This document shows positions 37,048 to 45,195 of a DNA stretch of 64,000 nucleotides, piece by piece. This DNA comes from Acidobacteriota bacterium (GTDB taxonomy: Bacteria; Acidobacteriota; Blastocatellia; Pyrinomonadales; Pyrinomonadaceae): the NCBI GenBank assembly GCA_031431415.1, contig JANPDK010000096.1, positions 157-64,156 of the forward strand, in the 5' to 3' direction. Positions within the stretch are counted from its first letter, which is position 1. Each line of letters begins with the position of its first letter. The translations under genes and the position numbers were made by a program. The notes below the pieces were generated by a model, which worked only from the letters and a program-made list of their open reading frames with translations, did no database searches and had not been told where the DNA came from.

Positions 37048-37803
37048 ATGAATTTCCGACTTCTTATACAATACGACGGCACCGATTTTCATGGGTGGCA
37101 GGTGCAGGAGAATGACCGCTCTATTCAGGGCGAACTCGAGCGTGTGATAGGGATGCTGGTCGATGCTAAGGTGACCCTTCACGGCTCGGGGCGCACCGAT
37201 GCGGGCGTACACGCCGAAGGGCAGGTCGCGAATGTGCATCTGCCTGAGGGAAAGTTCACCGCGGCTAAACTCAAAAATGCGATCAACGGCAATCTGTGGC
37301 GCGACATACGCATAATGAAATGCGAGGTCGCTCCTGACGAATTTCATTCGCGGTTCTCGGCGAAGCGAAAAACTTACATCTATCGCGTCGTGAATGCACC
37401 CGTGATGTCGCCATTCTGGCGGAGGTTCGCGCACTGGGAACACCGTCCGCTCGATGTCGGGCGGATGAATGACGTCGCGAGGCTTTTCCTCGGCGAACAC
37501 GACTGGACGGCATTTGCCTCGGCAAAGGCCGACGGCGAGACGCGTGTGCGAAACGTACTCGATTTTACAGTGGAATCGCACTGGGATGACCGTGCACAGG
37601 CGACTCTTATTGAGTTTCGCATCACGGCAAACGGCTTTTTGCGCTACATGGTCCGCTCGATCGTCGGCACTATGCTCGAGGTGGGTCGAGGCGAAAAGGA
37701 AAGTGATACAATTCAGACGGCAATTATCACAGGCGACCGCAGCCTAGCGGGCAAAACGGCGACGGCGCAGGGATTGACGTTGTATAAGGTCGAATACGAC
37801 TAA
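37048..37803 (+). CDS. truA: tRNA pseudouridine(38-40) synthase
   Basis: LLIQYDGTDFHGWQVQ and the catalytic GSGRTDAGVHAEGQV. Confidence 0.95.
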   Translation: MNFRLLIQYDGTDFHGWQVQENDRSIQGELERVIGMLVDAKVTLHGSGRTDAGVHAEGQVANVHLPEGKFTAAKLKNAINGNLWRDIRIMKCEVAPDEFHSRFSAKRKTYIYRVVNAPVMSPFWRRFAHWEHRPLDVGRMNDVARLFLGEHDWTAFASAKADGETRVRNVLDFTVESHWDDRAQATLIEFRITANGFLRYMVRSIVGTMLEVGRGEKESDTIQTAIITGDRSLAGKTATAQGLTLYKVEYD

Positions 37804-38326
37804 GATTTTTTTTTGCCCGCGAAATACGCGAAAAGGACGAAAAATATTGCGTGATGTCGGAGTTGATCTGTAAGACGAGAGTTACAAGATTATTGGGGCT
37901 TGTTTTGAAGTGTACAAGCTGAAAGGGATCGGCTACACGGAACCGGTTTATCAGGAGTGTTTGAAGTATGAATTTGAGTTGCAGGGAATTCCGTTTGTTT
38001 CTCAGCCGACTTTAGAACTTGAATACAAAGGCAGGATCCTGGAACAGACGTTCAAACCGGATTTTATATGCTACGGAAAGATCGTCATCGAACTAAAAGC
38101 TCTCGAAAAATTAATAGATCCGCATCGTGCACAGGTGCTCAACTACCTGAATACGACCGGATTTGAACTGGGACTTTTAGTAAATTTCGGACATTTTCCA
38201 AGAATAGAATACGAGCGAATAGTTAACACCAAACGCCGTTCCTAAATAAGCGACAAAGAAACCGAAAGTCGCGAAAATTGAGTTTCTTCATTTAGCCCAT
38301 TTCGCGTATTTAGCGGGCAAAAAATA
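37802..38326. mobile_element. candidate cargo-bearing palindromic element: CGCGAAA-word arms bracketing a GxxExxY gene
   Basis: The left arm TTTTTTGCCCGCGAAATACGCGAAAAGGACGAAAAAT (37806-37846) closely matches the reverse complement of the right arm CATTTAGCCCATTTCGCGTATTTAGCGGGCAAAAAA (38287-38326). Confidence 0.55.
37910..38245 (+). CDS. GxxExxY protein (PD-(D/E)XK-like), N-terminus possibly disrupted
   Basis: GYTEPVY motif and KPDFICYGKIVIELKA..AQVLNYLNTTGFELGLLVNFG. The family-typical N-terminal helix (SYKIIGACFEV) is in frame upstream of GTG 37910 but is preceded by a TAA. An ATG at 37854 is in another frame. Confidence 0.7.
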   Translation: MYKLKGIGYTEPVYQECLKYEFELQGIPFVSQPTLELEYKGRILEQTFKPDFICYGKIVIELKALEKLIDPHRAQVLNYLNTTGFELGLLVNFGHFPRIEYERIVNTKRRS

Positions 38327-38328
38327 AA

Positions 38329-38643
38329 ATGCTTATCTACCACATAGTTTTACCCGAAGTGTGGGCGGCTTTTGACACCGGCCTTTACCAGCATGCGAGC
38401 CTCGATAGCGAAGGGTTTATTCATTGCAGTTTTGCCGATCAGCTTGACGGCGTGATCGAGCGTTATTATTCGAAAGAAAGCGAGGTCGTCGTGCTCGAGA
38501 TCGAAAGTGACAGGCTGATGTCGCGAATGATCAGAGAACCATCGACGAACAGCGAGATCTATCCGCACGTGTACGGGCCGATAAATCGCGATGCGATCGT
38601 TTCGGCGACCAAGAAGGATTTGCCCGCGAAACACGCGAAATAG
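38329..38643 (+). CDS. DUF952 domain protein
   Basis: IYHIV..VW..EGFIHCSFADQL pattern. The last 10 or so codons and the stop (KKDLPAKHAK*) are encoded by the next repeat arm. Confidence 0.8.
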   Translation: MLIYHIVLPEVWAAFDTGLYQHASLDSEGFIHCSFADQLDGVIERYYSKESEVVVLEIESDRLMSRMIREPSTNSEIYPHVYGPINRDAIVSATKKDLPAKHAK

Positions 38644-38720
38644 GCGAAATTTATAAAGAGGGTTGGGGAGTCTCGAATTCCTTATTTAGCTTTTTTCGCG
38701 TATTTCGCGGGCAAAAAATC
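38611..38720. repeat. word-repeat palindromic element (word CGCGAAA)
   Basis: AAGAAGGATTTGCCCGCGAAACACGCGAAATAGGCGAAATTT..TTATTTAGCTTTTTTCGCGTATTTCGCGGGCAAAAAATC, followed by ATG 38721. Confidence 0.9.
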
Positions 38721-39476
38721 ATGCTTAAGGGTTTTGAAGGCATTATCAAACCAAATACCGCCGAGGCGAAGCTGCTCGCATCTATCGATGTCGAGCGCAT
38801 GCCGAGGCATGTTGCGGTGATCATGGACGGCAACGGGCGTTGGGCTAAAGCGAAGGGGCAGCCGCGAATTTTTGGGCATCGTGCGGGTGCCGAGTCGGTC
38901 AGATCGATCATTGATACTTGTGCGCGGCTTGAGATACAGGCGGTGACGCTGTTCGCATTTTCGACGGAGAACTGGAAACGCCCGCGTGCCGAGATCCGTG
39001 CGTTAATGTCGATGCTGAAGCGGTATATTCGCACGGATCTTAAAGAAGTTCATAAGAATAATATTCGCTTTCAAGCGATCGGCCATATCGAGGGGCTTTT
39101 CGAAGACGTGCAAAAAGAGATCGCTCGCGCGACCGAGATGACCGCCGAAAACACCGGGATGGTCATGAGCGTCGCCCTCAACTACGGTGGCCGTGCCGAG
39201 ATAGTCGAGGCCGCCCGCAAAGCCGCCGCCGAGGTCGGCACCGACATCACCGAGGCCGACATCGAGCGAAACCTGTACACGCACGGTTTGCCCGACGTAG
39301 ATCTGATGATCCGCACAAGCGGCGAATTTCGTATCTCAAATTTCCTGCTGTGGCAGCTCGCCTACAGCGAGATTTACGTCACGCCAACGCTCTTCCCCGA
39401 CTTTCGCCGACCCGACATTTTCGAGGCGATACTGGATTATCAGAAGCGGGATCGGAGATTTGGAGGCGTGAAGTAA
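38721..39476 (+). CDS. uppS: isoprenyl transferase (undecaprenyl diphosphate synthase family)
   Basis: HVAVIMDGNGRWA, FAFSTENWKRP, and the C-terminal RRFGG. Confidence 0.95.
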   Translation: MLKGFEGIIKPNTAEAKLLASIDVERMPRHVAVIMDGNGRWAKAKGQPRIFGHRAGAESVRSIIDTCARLEIQAVTLFAFSTENWKRPRAEIRALMSMLKRYIRTDLKEVHKNNIRFQAIGHIEGLFEDVQKEIARATEMTAENTGMVMSVALNYGGRAEIVEAARKAAAEVGTDITEADIERNLYTHGLPDVDLMIRTSGEFRISNFLLWQLAYSEIYVTPTLFPDFRRPDIFEAILDYQKRDRRFGGVK

Positions 39477-39587
39477 GAGAAGAACTTTGGCCGCAGATCG
39501 ACGCAGATAAACGCAGATATGAAAAAGACCTAAACATCAGTTCTGATCTGTTTTTATCTGCGTTCATCTGCGGCTAAAATCTCCTTT
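39475..39587. repeat. word-repeat palindromic element (word CGCAGAT, exact 10-bp phasing)
   Basis: CGCAGAT at 39492, 39502 and 39512. ATCTG(CG) at 39546, 39556 and 39566. Flanks are AAGAGAAGAACTTTGGC and GCTAAAATCTCCTT. Confidence 0.95.
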
Positions 39588-39603
39588 CTGAAGGTCATAG
39601 ATT

Positions 39604-40443
39604 ATGAAAACCAGAATTCTCACCGCCCTGATCGCCTTGCCGATCCTGATCGCCGCGATCATTTTGCCGCTTTGGTGGCGTGAGGCGGTTTGGGTTTTTG
39701 TGGCGATCGCGGGGTTTGCGCTTGGGGCCGGGCTGTTTGAATTTTATTCGCTGACCAAGAAGCTTGAGCTAAAGGCGGATGCGGGCATCGGTTATCTCGG
39801 TGCGGCGGTGCTGTTTACGGCGTTTGCACTTGATGCACCGGCAAAGGCTCCTGATCTTGTTTTAATGGCGATCGCCGTGTTTCTGATCGTGCTGCTGATC
39901 ACTCAGACTTTTAGGTTCACAAAAGACTTTTCCAAGATGCTCGCAGGCGTCGGCGTGACGGCACTTGGGGTGATGTATGTCGCTTTCCTCGGCGGCTTTC
40001 TTGTCGCGACTCGTGTCGGGTTTGAGAATACGCCGGGACGGTCAACGCACTTGCTCGCGTACTTTTTCTTGGTGATCTTCGCCTCGGATATCGGCGCATA
40101 TTTCGCCGGACGTACCTTAGGCAACCACAAGCTCGCCCCAATGATCTCTCCCGGCAAAACCGTCGAAGGCCTCATCGGCGGCCTTATAGCTGCCGCCGCA
40201 GCGGCCGCTGTCGCAACCTTCTGGTTCTTCCCGACGCTCCCGTACCAATTCTCGATCCCATTGGCGATCGTTCTGGCCGCCGTCGGCGTCCTCGGCGACC
40301 TCTGCGAAAGCGCCATGAAACGCGGCTCTGGCTCAAAAGACGCCGCCAGCATCCTGCCGGGCCACGGCGGTTTTTTAGATCGACTCGATAGTTTGCTTTT
40401 CGGAGCACCGATACTTTATTACTTTGCACGGTTTTATTTTTAG
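39604..40443 (+). CDS. cdsA: phosphatidate cytidylyltransferase
   Basis: Polytopic membrane protein with SPGKTVEG and GHGGFLDRLDS motifs. Confidence 0.9.
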   Translation: MKTRILTALIALPILIAAIILPLWWREAVWVFVAIAGFALGAGLFEFYSLTKKLELKADAGIGYLGAAVLFTAFALDAPAKAPDLVLMAIAVFLIVLLITQTFRFTKDFSKMLAGVGVTALGVMYVAFLGGFLVATRVGFENTPGRSTHLLAYFFLVIFASDIGAYFAGRTLGNHKLAPMISPGKTVEGLIGGLIAAAAAAAVATFWFFPTLPYQFSIPLAIVLAAVGVLGDLCESAMKRGSGSKDAASILPGHGGFLDRLDSLLFGAPILYYFARFYF

Positions 40444-40461
40444 ATCTCAAACAAAAGGAGA

Positions 40462-41199
40462 ATGCGTATGAGCGAAGAATCTGAGAGACAGGCGTTGGTT
40501 GATAAATTTGAGTTTTTTGCGGCTATTTTGCTTGGTGCGGCGGCGATATGTACGGCGTTGTCGAGTTTTCAGGCGGGGCTGTGGGATGGTATTCAGGCCG
40601 ATAATTATGGCAAGGCCAATACCGAGGCAACGCAGGCGGCAAGCGAACAGGCAAAGGCTGTCGTGCTGATGTCGAAGGACGCGCAGGTCGATATCACCGC
40701 GTGGCGTTTGATCTACGAGGGCAATGACGCGACGAATCCCGTGGATAAAGAGCGTTCGTTCGAGATCGCGACGTATCTGTACACCAAGCAGATGAGCGAT
40801 GCTGGATATAAAGCTCTCGGATTGCCAGAGGATGCGAGGAAGGAGGTCGTCGATGATCCCGACACTCCGGCAGAAGAAAAACAGGAAGCCTTGAAGGAAG
40901 AGATCCTCGAAAAAGCGCTTGAGACCGAACTCGCCGACAGCGAAGAATATCGAAAGGAAATGCTCGCCGCCTCGACCGCGCTTTCCGATCAATCGTCAAA
41001 AACCTTCAAGGCGGGCCAGGACGCGAACGACACGGGCGACAAATTCGAACTCACCAACGTCATCTTCGCCGTCAGTTTGTTCTTCATGGGTATCGCGCTC
41101 GTCTTCAAGACCCAGATCAAATGGTACGTCCTCTACGCCGGCGGATTTCTGACCATTGCCGGCCTGATCTACATGCTAACGCTCTCGTGGACGTTTTGA
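40462..41199 (+). CDS. hypothetical membrane-anchored protein
   Basis: 245-aa ORF with an N-terminal TM, an acidic helical middle, and two C-terminal TM helices (VIFAVSLFFMGIALVF, YVLYAGGFLTIAGLIYML). Confidence 0.6.
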   Translation: MRMSEESERQALVDKFEFFAAILLGAAAICTALSSFQAGLWDGIQADNYGKANTEATQAASEQAKAVVLMSKDAQVDITAWRLIYEGNDATNPVDKERSFEIATYLYTKQMSDAGYKALGLPEDARKEVVDDPDTPAEEKQEALKEEILEKALETELADSEEYRKEMLAASTALSDQSSKTFKAGQDANDTGDKFELTNVIFAVSLFFMGIALVFKTQIKWYVLYAGGFLTIAGLIYMLTLSWTF

Positions 41200-41203
41200 A
41201 CTT

Positions 41204-41304
41204 AGTGGTCTTTGTGTCCTCCCTTCGTGTCCTTTGTGATAAATGGTTTTGAAAAGCCTTTGTTCACAAAGTCCACAAAGGGAAGACACGGAGAGCACAA
41301 AGGA
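41204..41304. repeat. word-repeat palindromic element (word CTTTGTG / CACAAAG)
   Basis: GTGGTCTTTGTGTCCTCCCTTCGTGTCCTTTGTGA..TCACAAAGTCCACAAAGGGAAGACACGGAGAGCACAAAGG. Confidence 0.85.
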
Positions 41305-41417
41305 TTTGCTTTTAGAGTTCGTCTGTTAGTATGATTGCAATTCAAGACGGTTATGAACGCAGTTCGGTTTGACGACAATAATAATACGTAGGCGAGAGTG
41401 TTAATTATCTGACGCTC

Positions 41418-41459
41418 CGCCTTTCGTTTTGTCACAAACCGGAAGGCGTTTTTATTTTT
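41418..41459 (+). terminator. intrinsic-terminator-like hairpin plus T-tract
   Basis: CGCCTTTC (41418-25) pairs with GGAAGGCG (41441-48), including one G-U, and is followed by TTTTTATTTTT. Confidence 0.55.
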
Positions 41460-41466
41460 GTAAGGC

Positions 41467-41565
41467 AATTTAGCCGCAGATTTCCGCAGATGACGCGGAT
41501 CAGAATGAATTCTTGTTTAGATTCTTAATCTGCGCGATCCGCGTTAATCTGCGGCAAAAATTCTT
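41467..41565. repeat. word-repeat palindromic element (word CGCAGAT) abutting the aspS start
   Basis: TTAGCCGCAGATTTCCGCAGATGACGCGGATCAG..CTTAATCTGCGCGATCCGCGTTAATCTGCGGCAAAAATTCTT, followed by ATG 41566. Confidence 0.9.
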
Positions 41566-43410
41566 ATGCTAGATGTATTGGGAACTTTAGAGAGGACGCA
41601 CGGTTGTGGGGAGCTTCGTGAGAGCGAGGTTGGCTCGCAGGTTGTGCTGATGGGTTGGGTGGCGAAGAAGCGTGATTTTGGCGTTTTTACGTTTATCGAT
41701 CTGCGTGACCGCGACGGTGTGACGCAGGTTGTGGTGAGCGAAGAGACCGCTGTCGACGCTCATGCCAAGGCGAAAAATCTGCGCGGCGAATTCGTGATCG
41801 GGGTCAAAGGCGAGGTTGTTCGGCGTGGCGAAGGTGCGAAGAACGTTAAGCTGCCGACGGGCGAGATCGAGGTCAAGGTCAGTGAGATATTGGTTTTGAA
41901 CGACGCCAATGTGCTGCCATTTCAACTTGAAGTTGCAGGTAGTGAAAATCTCGCCGCCGAAGATACACGTTTGAAATACCGCTATCTCGACCTGCGTCGC
42001 CCCGCGTTGCAACACAATATTCGCACCCGTGCCAAGGCTGTCGCGGCGATACGCGAGTATTTTGACACGCGTGGGTTTATCGAGATCGAGACGCCGATCT
42101 TGCTGAAATCGACGCCTGAGGGAGCACGCGATTTTGTTGTGCCTTCGCGGATTCACACGGGCAAATTCTTTGCGTTGCCGCAGTCACCGCAGATATTAAA
42201 GCAGCTCACGATGATCTCGGGCTTTGACAAGTACTATCAGATCGCCCGTTGTTTTCGCGACGAAGACCTCCGCGCCGACCGCCAGCCGGAGTTTACGCAG
42301 CTCGATATGGAGATGTCGTTTGCCCACCAGGAAATGGCGTATCGCGAGATGCAGGGGATGTTCAATCACGTCTTCGCCAAGGTCGGCGGCATTGAATTGC
42401 CCGCCGCGTGGCCGCGGATGACTCATGCGGAAGCAATGCGTCGCTACGGTTCGGACAAGCCAGATCTGCGGTTTGAGATGGAGTTGGTCGATCTGAGCGG
42501 CGAGCTTGCAGGAACCGATTTTGGCCCGTTCGCCTCGGTTCTCGAATCCGGCGGTGAGATCAAATGTATTGTTGCTAAGGGCAAGGCCGATTATTCGCGC
42601 AAACAGCTCGACGAACTGCAGGATTTTGTAAAACGCTATGGAGCGGGAGCCTTGGCATGGATCAAGGTCGGCGAACCCGAGGTCAGTACCGAGAGCGGTA
42701 GCGACCGGGGCACTACATCGTCGCTGATGAAAGTGCTCGGCGAAGAGAAGATCGGACAGCTTGTAGCTACGTCGGGAGCGGAGAAAGGCGATCTCGTTCT
42801 CATCGTCGCCAGCCGTAAGTCTGTCGTTGCCGCATCGCTCGGAGCTTTGCGTATCGAGGTTGCGAAACGCGAAGACCTGATCGACCGCACGGCCTACAAA
42901 CCGCTGATCGTGACCGAGTTTCCGATGTTCGAGCATGACGAAGAGACCGACCGCTACACGGCGGCGCATCATCCGTTTACGTCGCCGATGGATGAGGACC
43001 TGGAGAAATTCACGACCGCGGTGAATGACGAATCTCAACATCATTTGCTCGGCGAGGTCCGCGCCAAGGCATACGACGCCGTCATCAACGGCTACGAATG
43101 CGCCGGCGGCTCGATACGTATTCATCAGAAGGATGTGCAGGCTCTGAACTTCAAAGCTCTCGGCATGTCGCTGGAATCGGCTCGGACGCAGTTCGGGTTT
43201 TTCCTCGACGCATTGGAATTTGGCACGCCGCCGCACGGCGGTTTCGCCGCTGGCATCGAACGCACATGCATGATCCTCTGCGGCACGGAAAACATCCGCG
43301 ACGTCATGGCCTTCCCCAAAACCGCCTCAGCCCAGGACCTGATGATGGACTCGCCGGGCGAGGTGGATGGCTCGCAGTTGAAAGAGCTAGGCATCGAGGT
43401 AACGGAGTAA
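41566..43410 (+). CDS. aspS: aspartate--tRNA ligase
   Basis: OB-fold N-domain, motif 2 FRDEDLRADRQPEFTQLD, GGSIRIH, and motif 3 GFAAGIERTCM. Confidence 0.95.
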   Translation: MLDVLGTLERTHGCGELRESEVGSQVVLMGWVAKKRDFGVFTFIDLRDRDGVTQVVVSEETAVDAHAKAKNLRGEFVIGVKGEVVRRGEGAKNVKLPTGEIEVKVSEILVLNDANVLPFQLEVAGSENLAAEDTRLKYRYLDLRRPALQHNIRTRAKAVAAIREYFDTRGFIEIETPILLKSTPEGARDFVVPSRIHTGKFFALPQSPQILKQLTMISGFDKYYQIARCFRDEDLRADRQPEFTQLDMEMSFAHQEMAYREMQGMFNHVFAKVGGIELPAAWPRMTHAEAMRRYGSDKPDLRFEMELVDLSGELAGTDFGPFASVLESGGEIKCIVAKGKADYSRKQLDELQDFVKRYGAGALAWIKVGEPEVSTESGSDRGTTSSLMKVLGEEKIGQLVATSGAEKGDLVLIVASRKSVVAASLGALRIEVAKREDLIDRTAYKPLIVTEFPMFEHDEETDRYTAAHHPFTSPMDEDLEKFTTAVNDESQHHLLGEVRAKAYDAVINGYECAGGSIRIHQKDVQALNFKALGMSLESARTQFGFFLDALEFGTPPHGGFAAGIERTCMILCGTENIRDVMAFPKTASAQDLMMDSPGEVDGSQLKELGIEVTE

Positions 43411-43420
43411 AAACCCAAGA

Positions 43421-43669
43421 ATGAGGATATCCACAAGAGTATTTCTGCTCGCAATTCTCACATTTGGGGTTTCTCTTGTATTTTATTTGATTGCTAGAAG
43501 TATTTGGATGGTAGACATTGAAAGGTTACAAACATCTCCGTTTTGGAATAGCACCTTGGAGATTGGTCCATACCTTAATTGGGCTCACTACACTAGCTTG
43601 GTTGTTTTTGCAGTAGGCCTGGCCATTTGCATCGCCGGAATCTGGCTACGTCGATCCGAAGACAAATAG
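43421..43669 (+). CDS. small membrane protein, hypothetical
   Basis: 82-aa ORF with two TM helices and lower GC than its neighbours. Confidence 0.45.
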   Translation: MRISTRVFLLAILTFGVSLVFYLIARSIWMVDIERLQTSPFWNSTLEIGPYLNWAHYTSLVVFAVGLAICIAGIWLRRSEDK

Positions 43670-43683
43670 TTGCAAACGGCGAC

Positions 43684-43724
43684 TTTTCTTTTCGCGTCCT
43701 TCCGCGTATTTCGCGGGCAAAATC
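43684..43724. repeat. orphan right arm (CGCGAAA family)
   Basis: TTTTCTTTTCGCGTCCTTCCGCGTATTTCGCGGGCAAAATC. Confidence 0.8.
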
Positions 43725-43774
43725 ATTTCCTCGAACAAACGACCGTAAAATATCGTAAAATCCTAATAGATAGG

Positions 43775-44407
43775 ATGGCGACTAAATACGATACAAATCC
43801 GTTGGATCCGGATTTTCCGGAGAAGTTAAGACGCGAGGCTGAGGCCCAGGCGGCGACGCAGGTTTTGCCGCAAGGGATCGGCAAGACGCAGAGGTTTGCG
43901 CCGGAGACTGAGGAGCAGACGCGACGGTTTGCGGCGGCTGATCAGGCGGCATTTCAGCAGCCATTTAATGGGCAGTTTGTTCCGGCTGTCGCTCAGAACG
44001 TTAACGTAAGCACGACTGACGCGTCGATCTATCGTAAGATCGAGAAGTTGGGCCTGCCTGAGAATATACTTATCGCGGTGCCTTATATTCCGTGGTTTCT
44101 GGGAATGGTCGCAGGCATTTTGCTTTTGCTGCTCGTACCGAAGAGCGAGGCGAAGGTTCGCTTTCACGCGGCGCAGGGTTTGGCTGCTCATATCGGCATT
44201 TTGATCGTTACCACAATTCTCGGCATCGTTAATAACGTCTCGGATATCGCCGATATCGGCGCATTTATCTTTACGCTGGTCACGTCTATAATGCTCGTGA
44301 TCTTTGCTCTAAAAGCATGGCAAGGCAAGCCGGTTCACATCGAGTCGATCGAGGATCTGACTAACTGGCTTGAAGACAAGATCGAACCGAAACTTGCTAA
44401 AAAATAG
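43775..44407 (+). CDS. DUF4870-like membrane protein
   Basis: VPYIPWFLGMVAGILLLLLVPKSEAKVRFHAAQGL pattern. The ORF-track start at 43670 reads through the repeat arm, so ATG 43775 is preferred. Confidence 0.7.
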   Translation: MATKYDTNPLDPDFPEKLRREAEAQAATQVLPQGIGKTQRFAPETEEQTRRFAAADQAAFQQPFNGQFVPAVAQNVNVSTTDASIYRKIEKLGLPENILIAVPYIPWFLGMVAGILLLLLVPKSEAKVRFHAAQGLAAHIGILIVTTILGIVNNVSDIADIGAFIFTLVTSIMLVIFALKAWQGKPVHIESIEDLTNWLEDKIEPKLAKK

Positions 44408-44410
44408 CCT

Positions 44411-44875
44411 ATGTTCTGCCCAAACTGCGCCACGACCGTAAACAAAAAGCTCAAATACTGCAATAGTTGTGGCGAGCGTCTGTCTAAATCGGCCGAGATC
44501 GATAAGGACGGAATGCCGGGCAAAATGCTCGATAATATTCTGACGACGGTGTTTCTCGTGGTGATGTTTGGGCTGGGGATTTTGGTTGGGCTGGTCGCGG
44601 TGCTGTTGGGCAGCGGAATGCCGCAAGGCCCGGTCGTCGTGATCATCGTTGCGTATCTCGCCGCCGTTTTTGGCATCTGCTACACGCTACTCACACAGGT
44701 TCCAAAGCTGATCGATGCCCGTCTCAAGACGAACGAATACGAAGAAGAATCACGCCAAGCCGCACGGCTCACACCGCTAACCACCGCCCAACTCGAAGAA
44801 TATCGCGAACCCGTAATGAGCGTTACCGACCGCACGACAAAGACGCTCGATCGGGTGCCGATCGAACGCAGCTAA
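44411..44875 (+). CDS. zinc-ribbon membrane protein, hypothetical
   Basis: MFCPNCATTVNKKLKYCNSCGERL zinc ribbon followed by two TM helices. Confidence 0.6.
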   Translation: MFCPNCATTVNKKLKYCNSCGERLSKSAEIDKDGMPGKMLDNILTTVFLVVMFGLGILVGLVAVLLGSGMPQGPVVVIIVAYLAAVFGICYTLLTQVPKLIDARLKTNEYEEESRQAARLTPLTTAQLEEYREPVMSVTDRTTKTLDRVPIERS

Positions 44876-45195
44876 CGCGCCGTTGGCGTCTGCGAAGCCG
44901 TATTTTTCAACCGGTTTTGGTTCTCACTGACAGCGTTTCCCTTCCGCATCATCTTTGATAACAACAAAGCCGAGATCGTTGTCAATATCAACATTCCGAC
45001 AATTGCTGTGATAATGAGCGGCACCTTGCTGCGCTTTGTCGGTTTAGCCGCTGGCATCAAAAGCGTCGGCTCGGCCGCTCCGCCACCGATCGCTACGGTC
45101 GGCATAGTGTCGCCATCGACAAGGGCGGTTCCGTCGATCAGGCAAAAACCTGCCTCGTCGCCATAGTCTCGATCGCATTTTGGACAAACCTTCAT
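44872..45195 (-). CDS. zinc-ribbon membrane protein, hypothetical
   Basis: MKVCPKCDRDYGDEAGFCLIDGTAL followed by one TM helix. Confidence 0.6.
   Translation of the reverse strand: MKVCPKCDRDYGDEAGFCLIDGTALVDGDTMPTVAIGGGAAEPTLLMPAAKPTKRSKVPLIITAIVGMLILTTISALLLSKMMRKGNAVSENQNRLKNTASQTPTAR

Noticed and set aside
24207-41565. Whether the short repeated words (CGCAGAT, CGCGAAT and others) could be CRISPR arrays
   Set aside because: The units are 7 nt at 10-bp spacing, only three per arm, arranged as inverted arms. There are no 25-40-nt repeats with unique spacers and no cas genes.
42682-42711. 30-nt segment in aspS (GTCAGTACCGAGAGCGGTAGCGACCGGGGC) resembling the reverse complement of the pyrE insert arm (about 25 of 30 identities)
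   Set aside because: By my rough binomial estimate, a match of this quality is not clearly beyond chance for an all-against-all comparison within 64 kb. The aspS region shows no obvious length excess relative to the E. coli AspRS segment I recall. It is worth rechecking only if a genome-wide search finds more copies.
42196-43236. 346-aa minus-strand ORF. Similar long antisense ORFs lie at 9584-10438, 10488-11243, 36988-37581, 56210-57163 and 57302-58057
   Set aside because: Each lies entirely antisense to a gene with clear family motifs (aspS, the MBL hydrolase, tlyA, truA, sucA, capA). None shows any recognisable motif of its own.
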